Source: Torpedo marmorata (Eukaryota). From it: DNA of 64,000 nucleotides. The stretch covers positions 185,938,001 through 186,002,000 of the forward strand of contig OZ360223.1 in the NCBI GenBank assembly GCA_977017645.1. Reading direction: 5' to 3'. The position numbers and the translations under genes were made by a program. Positions 25,055 to 37,388 of the stretch are shown in pieces (position 1 is the stretch's first letter; every line of letters begins with the position of its first letter). The notes under the pieces were generated by a model that had not been told where the DNA came from, did no database searches, and saw only the letters and a list, made by a program, of their open reading frames with translations.

Positions 25055-25330
25055 CATGGATGGAATGCAAGGCTGGATTGCAGCTATTTTAATGCAAGAA
25101 AATCTGACAAGTCAGACAAATGAATAGAGAGTGTTGAGTAACATATGGGAATGTGATGTTGTTATGATGGATACTTGTTTGAACATTGGGCAGGACTGAC
25201 AACTCAACATTCTCAGGTTTAATGGGGAGGGGATATGTGAAAGAATAAGTAGTATTGCTATATTAATTAAGAAGTCCATTACTCTAGTAAGGAGTAAGGA
25301 TATCCGAAAAGATTCTTCAAATGAGGTAAT
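25055..25330 (+). mobile_element. CR1 ORF2 N-terminal (APE endonuclease) relic
   Basis: TGCAGCTATTTTAATGCAAG (CxYFNAR), GGGCAGGACTGACAACTCAACATT (GQDWQLNI-like), AGTATTGCTATATTAATTAAG. Confidence 0.55.
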
Positions 25331-25599
25331 GCTCTCAAAATGCTTTTTGTTTTGAATACTGTTCAACCCTGTTTTTTCAAAACCTCCACAGCTTTCCAAA
25401 ATTTACAAAACAATATTCTTTGTATTGGAAATATTATCAACTAAATTTTGTGATTATTGCATTTCAAATTTTTAAAATGTAACATAGATGTGTACTGCTT
25501 TCATGTTTTTGAATCATTTATTATGATAAATATGATGATGTTGTCGGAGTTCTTTCTGCAACTGATGTTGGAAAACAATGCACTCTTGTGGAAATGGCT

Positions 25600-25795
25600 T
25601 TGCATTGTCTGTAAAGACTTCAGTGAAACTTGGACCTTTTTTAATACTTGGTTTTGAATAAAGCATTGGGGTTCATCCACCTGAGAGAATAAATAGGACT
25701 ATGGTTTAATATCTGATCCAAAAAATTGGACATTTACCAGTAATTAGGTGAAGTAGAGGCCTGCTTGAGCTTCAGAAGTGAACTCTGACTGATGG
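25600..25795 (-). mobile_element. Ancient Deu-SINE-like 5' portion
   Basis: CATCCACCTGAGAG..GGTTTAATATCTGATCCAAAA..CTCTGACT is the reverse complement of motifs also seen at 44225-44540. Confidence 0.45.
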
Positions 25796-27017
25796 ACGTT
25801 TGTTGTTGGTTGCATGTGTAAAACATGTTGAAATGTGCATGCATGTTGAATTACACTTCCAAAATTTGTTTTTCCTAAAAGCTGTAGAATGCCCCCTTGG
25901 TTTGGTTGTGAGAGCGCTATCATGAATGAACTCGGATAAGTGAGCTCAGCTAATTAGTAAACAAATACCGACCCCTTCGGTAATGCCTTGCTGTGGTCTT
26001 TGTTCCTCTGTTAGACAACTCTGGTTGCAGATAATCTTGCAATGTAATTGAACGTTTCCATTTCTGAGAAGATACGTCCTCTCCTTTACAAATCACATTG
26101 GTTAGTTACCATTTGCATCACACCTGATTGGTTTTAAAATGTGTTTACAGACACAAGAGGAGCTGATGGATAGATGCCAAATATAATTTCAAACAGTAAA
26201 TGTTGGCTGGATTTAGAATAAAACTTCCAGCTCACAATGACGGGTGATACTGTTGACATGCCATCATATCTCATGCCTTTATGTTTTGAAGCAAATAGGA
26301 CATATGGTGGCCTTCTGTTGCGCAGTTTCATTCTTTTTGCTTTTGAGTTTTAATAATTAATTATATTTTTGCATACTTTTTTTCAAGATATTTGAAAAAC
26401 AGTTTCTGCTACCCTTGATCAACATATTGTGGTGATATACTGTATATGGGGACATTTTATTATAAAAATAGAAAATGATCAGTCCCTCCTTAAGATGCCT
26501 AAAACAAAAGGGACACAATGGTTATAAATATTTCAGAATTGTTGACGAGCTATTTGGACAGTAAATAAAAGGAACTGTGCACATTACTCTGGACAGCTGC
26601 AGTGGTCTGTGGGGAAAGTTGGTACAGATGGTAGAAAAAATGGTAAAATAAAGTGCCTTATGGCTGCTGAATTAAAAAAGGAGAACAAGGTCCGTCGATT
26701 GAACGCAAGAAATTTGTTCTCCTGAGAGAGTTTCAATACTCTTTGGGTCAAATTAAGGAAAATATTGCAGATGACAACAGTCCTGTTTATTTTCATTTAC
26801 TGTATATTTTTTAAAAAATCTGGAAATACATTATTAATTGAAAAACTGAAGACCATGGTAATAGTTTCCTAATAAGGGTTACATAATAATTTGCACATGG
26901 TTGTTTTTAATGTGTGTTTCTGTTAGATAAAGATAGAAACTTGAAGTTGATTCGAGCTCAATACCTGTCTTATGTGATTTATATAATAGACCTTAAGTGA
27001 TTTACCGGTATATATTT

Positions 27018-27716
27018 GACCTTGGGGTCCAAATACATACATCCCTCAAGGTCGCCTCACAGGTTGATAGGATAGTTAAGAAGGCCTATGGGATGTTGGG
27101 CTTCATTAATAGGGGGATTAAGTTCAAGAGTCAAGAGGTCATGTTGCAACTCTACAATCTCTGGTGAGACCACACTTAGAGTATTGTGTTCTGTTCTGGT
27201 CACCTCATTATAGGAAGGATGTGGAAGCTATGGAGAGGGTGCAGAGGAGATTTACCAGGATGTTACCTGGATTGTAAAATAAGTCTTATGAGGCAAGCTT
27301 AGCAGAGCTGGGACTTTTCTCTTTGGAGCAAAGAAGGATGAGAGGAGACTTAATAGAGGTCTACAAGATTATGAAACTCATAGATAGGGTGGACAGCCAG
27401 TGTCTTTTTCCCAGGGCAGGAATAGCAAACACCAGAGGACATGTGTACAAAGTGAAGGGAGGGAAGTTTAGGGGAGATGTCAGGGGTAAGTTTTTTACAC
27501 AGAGAGTTGTGGGTGCCTGGAATATCTTGCCGGGGATAATAGTGGAGGCTGAAACATTAGGGGCATTTAGGAGAACCTTAGACAGGCACATGGATGGAAG
27601 AAAAATAGAGGCTCACTAGGTAGGGAGGGTTTGGTACTTTTTAAGGAATATATGGTTCGACACAACATTGAGGGCCAAAGGGCCTGTACTGTGCTGTAGG
27701 TTTCTATGTTCTATGT
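27018..27716 (+). mobile_element. CR1 LINE 3' fragment
   Basis: ORF 27323-27619 (RRMRGDLIEVYKIM...FFTQRVVGAWN); tail TTCTATGTTCTATG. Confidence 0.92.
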
Positions 27717-30700
27717 ATCATCGAGGTCCAGTATAGTTGCACAGTCCTACTACAAAGGGCATCTTAATCTTCTCTTCCATTTGACTAAGTTTCAGACTTG
27801 GATCTGTCAATAATCAGATTTTGGTGCAGTGCTTTTATCTATGTGGAACATCAATTAATATCAATTATCATTAAAGTATTTTCTACTTAAGCTAAAGTTA
27901 CCACAGAATATTAACCACAATTGTTTAACAATTTGCGGCATTTTAAGCACAGTGATTTTGGATGGGAAGGAAAGTTCTACAGTAGTTATTTTACCATTGC
28001 AAATAACAACAGTAGAACAAAGAACTAGGGGAACCTGGGACAAAGGAATTATAAAATATTATTTATGCTATATGATCCACTGTCAAAACTATAAATAGAA
28101 TGAATAAAATAATGTGTTTATTATGGCATACATCACCATCTTATCATCAACACATAAAATAGATTTACCTTCAGGACCTTATCACATAATACTTTTGATT
28201 GACAGTATGCTAGCAGCTTTGTAAAGACTAAACATTTACAAAGGCAATTCCCTGTTGTGTGCACATTTTAAATAATAAGAGAAAGCTCAATTTAAAACAA
28301 CCAAATATTGGAGTTCTGGAATTACATATGGACCTTTGCATGTTATCCAAAAGCTTGTAATTTGCATTTCACAAAATGTACCTGTCAAGATGCCAAGTAC
28401 TCTGCACATAGGTTCTTTTGTCAGCAGTGGAGGAAGTTGCTCCTATTAATTGAGAGCATTCCAGAAGATGCACAAACCTAAGTTACAAAAAAATGTTGCA
28501 GACGTTTTCCGGAAAAAAAAAAACCCCCAAAAAAATCATCTTTCTTTTCACTCACATTATCTTCCTGGCTGACTGGAATGTATACACTGGAGGGAATTTC
28601 AAGAAAACTTGTTAACTATGCACTTTTAAAAAAATATTTGATCTATAGAATTCACTCTTTTCTCCCCAATTCTTCAACTGTAATAATTTTAACCAATGTG
28701 GTAAAACTATACTAATCTGTGAATTTGTTTGTGTGTTTTCTTCATTTACTATTCTGGAGCCATAAAATTCACCTGCTGTGGCTTGGAATTGGAACTAAGC
28801 ATAGCTGACCAGTGCCTAAACACAGTCATCAGTTAGGTGAGCCAAGTGCCAGAAGGAGTTATGGATCCAGAACTGAAGAGTTCAGTGGAGCAGATGGTAT
28901 ACCAGAGCCTTAATGACTGTAACATGAGGGTGAAGGGAGGTCTACTTTACTTGCCAGTACACCAAAGGAGATCCAATTTACGTTTAGCAGACAGTCAGGA
29001 AGGAATTTGAAAATATAACATCAAGTAAGTTCAAGGAAGCTAAATATTTTCAGAAACAAAGTTTAAAAAAGGAAATCCCGAACAACTCAATAAGCCTAGT
29101 TTAAGTAAGATTTTTCCCTGACCAGAAATGCTCCCATTCTTAATTGTAATTGTGTGTGAAGTAACTTTCCAAGAATACTGGGACAAGTTGGGGATGTTAC
29201 CAAAAACTGAACAGATGGATTTGAGGGAAGTTGTGACATAAAATGAAGAAAATGAGAAAGACTCAGTGTCTTTGCAACAATTATGTGGTTGAATGAGATA
29301 ATGATTCTGTTGACATTGTTTTTCTGTGCTTCAGAATTTTATAATTATTATTATTCTGTTTTCGTACTTCCTCTTAGTTGTGAGTTTGGAGAGTTCTTTG
29401 CACTTTGTGTGCAGGAAGATATTTGGCATTAAACTTTGAACCTTACCTGAAACCACACTCCTGCATGCTGCTTTGCTCTCGAGTCTCTCAATTATGAGGA
29501 TAAAGGTGTTAAGCAGCTCTTCTGGACATTGGGGCCAGTTTATAAATCAAGTCAGAGTGATATTCATTGTGGGGAAGTTGACTTTGGTTTCTAAATGGAA
29601 GTTATTAAACAGAGATTTATATTGTGACAACAATAAGAAATAATTTTTAAAACACTTGAATATGGACAGCAAGAAGTTTTGCAAATAATTGAAAAGATCC
29701 AGGGCAAGAGTGAGCAGAGGGTGCTGCCTAAATTCCCCTTGGAAAGGTCACAACAGATGTATATCATGCAAGTGTTTTCTCAGCATCAATATGCTGTTCT
29801 ACAGTGGGTAATGCTGTGTAATCAGATCAATATAACATTCTTTATATTCTGCAAAAAAATGGCCTCAGTGGGGAGCCAAAATGCCCTGGAGGTAGGTTTT
29901 CCCAATAGTTTACCACCCCCCACCAATCCACACCCAGATAGAAATTCAGACACTCAGCATAATTGCTCTCCATTTTCAAAGAGGTTGCCTTGCATTGCTG
30001 GGTCTCTAGAAACAGAGAGCATACTGCTCTATATGAGGGGACTAATTAGTGAATTTGTCTAGTAAAATGCTCCATATCCTACAATAGGTGAGAATTCAGT
30101 CCATCCGTCTTTTGGTTCTAAGTGAACAATCACTTTTCTTCAGGCTAATTAAAGTGCTTGCAGATTAGTCGAGTAAAGACGAATTTGAGCCTGCTATTTA
30201 GCGCAGGGATTGAGAGTGAATGTATGAATGAGTCCTGCTCGTTCTGGATAGTGGGCTGGTTAAGAATGCAAATAATTCAGATAATTATTAAATTTCATAA
30301 AACTTGTATATTCTAATTTTGAATGCTCTTGATTGAATGATTAATACTAGACTTTTTCCCCTCTTTCCAGATGGCAAATGGTAGGTCCCAACCCTCTTTG
30401 TACACAAAGAGGTGATGGTTCAAAGTCAAAGATACAGAGATACCACAATAATCAATCATGGAACTTGCCTGCTTGCTGTGACCAGCCAGGCAAAATTGAG
30501 TATCTTGTTAGCAACAAAACTGTTTTTCCTTGCATATTTTATAGAAAAAAAAAGTGAGAAGGGGGTTCCCCTTCTACATTTTACAGTAATAATTGATAGT
30601 TGAAAGTTGTGAGGGGAGCATTTGGCTTCCATCACTTTTCAGAATGGCAGTAAAAAAGACATTCTTTGCAAGTCTTCAGTTCATAGCTTCTCATTTCACT

Positions 30701-31185
30701 CTGCGCAGCGTGCTGTTACTCTGAGCTGCTTTACTAATTAAATTCAATTGCTATCCATTAGACTGATGGAATGAGAAGAATCTACAATGCAGCTGACTCA
30801 GTGCAGGTCTATGTGGTTCGAGACAACCTTCAGTGTACTGCCACCAAGTCATTTTGATACAGCTGTCATCAGATAGTACCCTTGCCCCAGGCTTCAAAAC
30901 AAAAACAGTGACATTCCTAATACCTTTACACATCACACCACATAATCTAGTAAATATTTCTGATGCTTAGGCCATTTTACGACCGATGCGTGAAATACCT
31001 CATCGTTATTAAATCTAATTTTTCCAATAAGCGATTGTGTGTATTTTACAGAATAACTTTTGTTGATTTCATGGTGCTGTTTGCATTGGAGTTTAGTATA
31101 TAGCATTGCATTCCTGTTTAAAGGCCAAAATATAATCGAAGATCACATTTCTACCTGAGAATGGAAAATAAAATCAGAAGGTGAG

Positions 31186-31956
31186 TATTATGAGCTCCCG
31201 TTTCATTTAGTGTAATATCACTTTAAGGGTTAGTACAGTCTGCAACCATTCACAGCTGTGCAGAGACTGGGTCACAACAGCTAGAACCAGCTGTACCCAA
31301 GTTCGCTACTTGGAGAGGAGAAAGAACATTTGTTGCTTCTTCCAGGGACACAGGTGGTGAGAGAGTCATGTGAGTGGAACACTGAAGAAACAGCATATTA
31401 TTGACTAGCAGCCATCTCATCGACACGGAGCAGGAACGACTCTGTGTGATATTGGACAATTCGGCTGATTCTCCCTGTCAGGGGAATTATTGAACCACCG
31501 TGACCAAAGGAAAGGTCACTTTGATTGACCCGTACCAGGGTTTTGGAAGCAGCATGGAAGTCACTTGTTTTGTTTCCCCTACACAAGGAAAAGGGGAGTT
31601 GTGACAACTGTTCGTACGGAAGTTTCTTTTCTCTGGAAGAAACTCGACAAGGATTCGTGAGTGTTCGGCAGTCTCTCCCACTTCCTTCGTGATTACTTCT
31701 GTGCATCAGTTTAAAAACCTGCGTTTCGACGATGGATTTCTAAGACTGAATTTTTGAATGACTTTCCAGAATTGTGCCTAAGCTGTAATGGTTTGGGTAT
31801 CCCACACACACACTACACAAGTACATTTGCACATAGTTGGGTTTAATTTGACTAATGTGTTATATTGTTAGTAGTAATTAATAAATATAGTGTTTTAAAA
31901 GAAAATAACAACTCTGCCTTGGTGATTTTCCATTGCTGCTGGTCTGCGACGTAACG
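31186..31956 (+). mobile_element. Diverged solo LTR (about 770 bp)
   Basis: Ends TATTATG...CGTAACG (TG..CA, one change at each end); flanking direct repeat GTGAG (31181-31185, 31957-31961); AATAAA at 31880-31885; higher CpG than the flanks. Confidence 0.6.
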
Positions 31957-32904
31957 GTGAGTCATGGCAATGATTGGAACTGTCCATTCGGCTGCTCAAG
32001 ATTAATTCTGATGAAAATATGGTTAGAAACTGTCTGCCAATGGCAACGGTGTGTTCATTGGAGCAGGAAGCAATCTGATGAAATGTGATCAACCTGAAAC
32101 ACTGACTTTGTTTCTTTTGTGAGCCAACTTGCTGAACATTTGCATTAGTTTCAATTATTATTATCATGAAAACAGGGTGATACAGTAGAAACATTGCTAT
32201 TACAGAAGGTGGTTTGCCTTCAAAACCTGTTGCACATGAACCAGTCTTGTGTTGACAAGAGTAGAGTAAACCATCCAGGAGTGCCAGTAGAAAAAGTCAA
32301 CAGGAAGGTTAATGACTTGAACTTAGTTCCCCAGAGATGGCTGCAGTGCCAACAATTTTCAATGATCCCTGGAGAATAACCATGGTAAGAATCTGGCCTC
32401 TAATTACACCTGCGCTATCTGCAGCTTCGCCAAGCATGACACATCTTCCCTGCTATTCTTTTTGGCAATTACTGAAAAAACACACCCCAATGCCTCTGTT
32501 TGGTGTACTTACAGTTTTATTCCTACTTGGAGCCCCTAATTTTATCATCATTTTGATTATTTGCTGGCATACTTCCAAAAATTTCTCAGCTGTGTGACCA
32601 ACACACCTTTCTTGTAGAAGGATGTTATCATCAATTTGGGGTTGGTAATAGAAGGATGCTGAGCCCCCCTGTGTACCCATTCAACTCCAGCTGATGACAT
32701 GCTGATTACAATGGGTAGAGGTCAAGTCAAGAGCATTGTATTTGGCAACGATGAAAGAAATGTCACTAAATAATTTCATTGCATTCGTCCACCTTTCGAT
32801 CTAAGAGCCATCACAAATATATTAGTGCAAACATTAGGAATTTAATATTCTAGCATAGCTAATTTTCAATGGAGATAGACAAAATGGAACAAGAAATAGG
32901 GTAA

Positions 32905-34540
32905 TCCTAGAGTCGTAGCATTCTACAGGACAGAAACAACTTGTCCATGCCAACCATGCTAGTCCCATTTATCTGCGCTCAGCTCATATCTCCCAAAAAC
33001 TTTCCTATCCATGTACTTGTATAAATGCCTTTTGAACATTACAGTTGTCCCCACTACCTACCACCTTCTGTGTAAAGAAAATGTCTCTCAGGTCCTTTTA
33101 AGTCTTTCCTTGCTCACCTTCTACTTTTGGCTTCCGTACTCTGGGTGAAAAAGGTCATGACTAATTAACTTATCTGTGCCCATGTTGATTTCATAAATCT
33201 CTATAAGGTACACCCCTTAGTCTCCAATGTTCCATGGAGAAATGTCCCAGCCTCTCCTTATTTTTAAAAAAAAATATTTTATTTAAAATTTTTAAATCAC
33301 AAAATACATAAAGCGTAATATAAAATTATCAAAATACATGTGATACATTTTCTCCCCCCCAACCACCCTCCCCACCCTAACCCTCCCAACCCTACTAATC
33401 TATAAAATAAAAGAAAGAAAAAGATAGAATAAGGAGAATGTCAATCTACAACAAAGAACAACTATAAACTAAATCTATTGTGGAAAATAGGTTCACCAGA
33501 CTGATCTGATCTCTGGAGATCTTCAAATTCTTAGACCAACCGCTTTTATGTCTGGGCTCCAAGTTTTCAAAAAGAAATGATATTTATTACGTATATTATA
33601 AGTAATTTTTTCAAGTGGTATACATGAACGAAGTTCTGCATGCCACCTTTCTAAACCTAAATCTACATCAGATTTCCAAGTAATAGCAATGCATTTCTTA
33701 GCAACAGCTAGAGCAATTCTCAAAAACTCTATTTGATACATATTTAATTTCGTTATAATACTAATTCTTTTAATATCTCCGAATAAAAATATCATAGGAT
33801 CCATTGGGAGTGTAATTCTTAATACTTTGTCCAAGTCCCAGCCTCTCCTTATAATTTGTCCACCAGTCCCAGCACATTCACGTGAATCTTTTCTGCATAC
33901 TTTCCATCTTAACAATATCGTTCTTATTGCTGGGTGACCAAGACTGCACAAAACACTCCAAGTGCACCTTCACCAACATCCTGTGAAGTTGTAACATGAT
34001 GTCCCTGCTCCTGTACTCAGTGCTCTGACCAATGAAGACAAGTGTGCCAAACATCTTCTTCACCACCCTGTAAATCTGCATCACCACTTTCATGGAACTA
34101 TATGTCTGTAATTTGTTCTACATCACTCCCCAGTGCCCTATTGTTCACCATGCAAGTTCTGCCCTTGGTTAACCTACCAAAGTTCCATCCACTATTCCTT
34201 GGCCTACATTCCCAGTTCTTTTAGATCCTGTTGTAATCTTTGATGATCTTCTTAACCATACACCATGCCACCAATTTTGGTGTCATATGCAAACTTACTA
34301 ACCTTGCTAACTAGATTGTCATCCAAATTGTTAATATAGATGACAGACCACAGTGGAAATATTGGCAGACCACTGTTCACAGGCTTCCAATCTGAGTAAC
34401 AACCCTCCTCTACCACCCTCTGACTTCTACAATCAATCCAATTCTGTATCCAATTGACCAACTTACCCTGGAGCTGATGCAATCTGACTTTCCGGATCAT
34501 TCTACTGTGCAGGACCTTGTCAAAGGTGCTGAAGTCTAGA
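32905..34540 (-). mobile_element. CR1 LINE fragment interrupted by L1 copy 2
   Basis: ORFs 33878-34093 and 34252-34626 (DFSTFDKV, KFAYDTKIGG). Confidence 0.85.
33262..33834 (-). mobile_element. 5'-truncated L1 copy 2 inserted in CR1
   Basis: 18-bp TSD GTCCCAGCCTCTCCTTAT (33244-33261, 33835-33852); ORF2 end LDKVLRITLPMDPMIFLFGD...; same 3'UTR as copies 1 and 3. Confidence 0.95.
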
Positions 34541-34544
34541 AGAT

Positions 34545-35275
34545 TGAAAGAAGCTTTCCTGTACAGACATAGATAAAAGAAATTACTTTGTGGAATAAGG
34601 AAATGGCAGAGAAATGAAATAAACATATTTTGCGTCTGTCCTCATTGAGGAAGGCACAAAAAAACACCCAGAAGTAGTGGAGGAGAAAAGATTCAAAGTA
34701 GATGAGGAGCTAGAAGAAACTATCACCGATGAAATAAAAATAGTATCAAAGTTAATGGGATCAAAAGGTGAAAAACTTCCCAGGACCTGATGACTTGTAT
34801 GGCAATTTTTTTTAAGGAATAGGCTTTTGAGATTATGTATGCTTCGGTCGTATTCTTTCATAGACCAGGTGTCAGAAGAAGGGAAAATACTTGAGCCGAT
34901 TATGAAGGAAGTGCTAACAGGCCAGTGATTGGTGGATCTGGATTATTTTGACTTTAATTTCCATAAAGTGCTACACAAGAGGTTAGAAAATAAGATATTC
35001 TCATCTAGTAAGGAGTCAATCTTTGGAATTCTCTCTAAGTGGGCTCAGTTGCCGAGTATAATAAAGACAGTGATACATTTTTGTTGTATTTAAAATAATG
35101 AATATGAGATGTGTCCACTGTGGCAATAAGTTGCCACTCCAACAAATTATTTGCAAAGACCATGGGCTAGAAATTAATCCCAGCACCTATGATTCTATTT
35201 TAATGGATGGTGTTGAAATAAAATATCAACCAAGAGGCTGAATGACCAAGCCCTTTTTAAAATTTCTTGTGTTCC
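34545..35275 (+). mobile_element. Old, multiply deleted CR1 fragment
   Basis: GGAATAAGGAAATGGCAGAG..TATTTTGCGTCTGTC, CCCAGGACCTGATG and TATTTTGACTTT match the 39.4-40.0 kb CR1. Confidence 0.65.
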
Positions 35276-36707
35276 CTTTTTAATGGTACGTACACTCTGC
35301 ACACAAAACTGCAGCTGCTTTTAGAAACCAGCTATTTCTCTGCTCTTCCTTGTCATGCTAAGGAAACTGATAAGAACTTTTAGTTGTAATATCCAGTTCT
35401 TGAAGTCACTTCATAGTGTTTCCAGGATGCTCACAGAGTTGTCTAATCTAACATCTCTTCAACACCACCCATTAAAATAGAATCAGGTGCTGGGATTCAT
35501 TTCTTGTCCATGGTCTTTGCAAATAATTTGTTGGCATGGCTATTTATTACCACAGTGAATACCACAAGCACATTTCTCAGTGAAATGGCCATATGCCATG
35601 TATGTGAAGCTGTAGTATCATTAGCACTCCCCCCAATTGTAAGCATTTCCAATTCACTAATAGGAGCTAAAGAAGCAGGCTGGTGTTGAGGAATGATTCT
35701 GTCTACAATAGTCATGAGTTCACTTATCCAATTTGAGAGTAATTTATGCATTCATGCTGCTTACCTGTACTGCTTGCTCTGATCTATTCCAAGTTGCAAC
35801 ACAGAATTCCAGAAACAAATATTTCTTTGGGTGAGTAAAACAAATGCACAAAGTAGTGTAACTAACTTTCACTTTACCATTGAAACTTGAATTTCTTCAT
35901 GAAGAGCATAATCAGGAAAATATATTCTAAATAGTAATGATTCAGCTGGTTTCTCATGCCATCTAATCCATTGTTTCCTTCCTTGTTCTTTCGGCAAGAA
36001 GTTGCCCCCTGCGCAATATCTCCCAATTTTATTTTATGACAAAGACGAGGAGAATGTCTGAAATTCTTCGTATTTTGTATTTACATTAAAAGAATTATAA
36101 TACCATACCATCCCTGCATGAAACCACATTGCTGCCTTTTGTCATTAGAACTGTTCATCATCTTTGATAGATTCAAATATTCACCAGCATCAAAACCACA
36201 AACTGCACATTCCACAAATTAAAATCTGCAGTGCCACTGATTTATCATTAGATTTTCCTTGCATGTGACATCGGGAATGATAATATATCCCTTTCTTTCT
36301 AATGGTTATTACAGAATTATTTCTTACTGCATATTTTAGATTTTTTTTTACCCTGTACAAACTCCAAAAAGATCCCATTGTGTTAACAGATATTGAAAAA
36401 AAAGAACCTGTAAATAATTTTAAACATTGAATGAATTTGTGAATGAATTTCCTTTCATCATCCAAAGGAATGCTTCATTTACAGTTCTTGTGCTTGCTGT
36501 AATCAAATGTAAAAATTAGCATATATTTGTGATAAAATCAGACAAAAATATCATTAAAATGATTTATTAGTTCTCCACATAACTAATTGTTTGATACTTG
36601 CTCAGTTTTTGATATAAAAGTGTTTAGGAATGTCAACTATCAATGGGTCATTTGATAACTTGCTGTATCATGGTGATTGAAAAGCAGATGACAACATATA
36701 TTATTAA

Positions 36708-37388
36708 CTAGCAGGATACCCGGCGTAACCCGGGAAATAAAACACTCAGTTGTTGACTACATGGTTGAAACAAAATACCCAAAAAACTTCATGGTAATTC
36801 TGCATAAATATATTTTTTCAAACACAACATTTATATACTTTGTAACAGAGATACACGGTTCAAACAAAGTTGACTTCACTGTCTCTTGCTTTATCCTTTG
36901 TCTAACTCTATGGGCTTGTGAAGAGCTTCTGCCAATGTTGCTTTGCTTTTTTGGGCCCATATTGAACTGGGTTTAGCCACTTGTTTTTATTCTGAATGTA
37001 CATTGATGCACAGCACTGTAAGTAATTGAGGTGTTCCTGGTGCAAGTTCAATTTTTTTTGTTGAACTTTTGAACTTCATATGACCTTAAAGGTTAAATTC
37101 AATGTGGTCATGACATTCAGCATCAAATGTCACCACAATTATAGTAAACAGTAATGCAAGTCAGTGCATAGTAAATACTTGTATAATAAATAGTAATGCA
37201 AGTCAGTGGAAGCTGGTCAAAAAACACTTTCGAACTTCATATGAACTTAAAGGTTAAATTCAATGTGGTCATGACATTCAGCATTAAATGTTACCCCTAC
37301 TGAACCTCCTTGGACATTTCTAGAGTGCTCCATATTGATTTGCATGGAGAACAGACAAACAGACATACATGCACAAATATATATTAGA
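36708..37388 (-). mobile_element. Non-autonomous Helitron
   Basis: On the minus strand: A|TC 5' start, GTCT-type microsatellite near the 5' end, 3' hairpin CCCGG-N6-CCGGG 7 nt before terminal CTAG|T, no TSD. Short ORF start MGPKKQSNIGRSSSQAHRVRQRIKQET resembles basic RepHel N-termini. Confidence 0.85.

Noticed and set aside
28861-29010. 49-codon ATG ORF (MDPELKSSVEQMVYQSLND...)
   Set aside because: Short, with no recognised homology.
29447-29590. 144-nt minus-strand segment between a good acceptor and CAG|GTAAGG
   Set aside because: Stop codons in all three frames; no further support.
29679-30062. 127-aa ORF
   Set aside because: Non-ATG start and no recognisable protein features.
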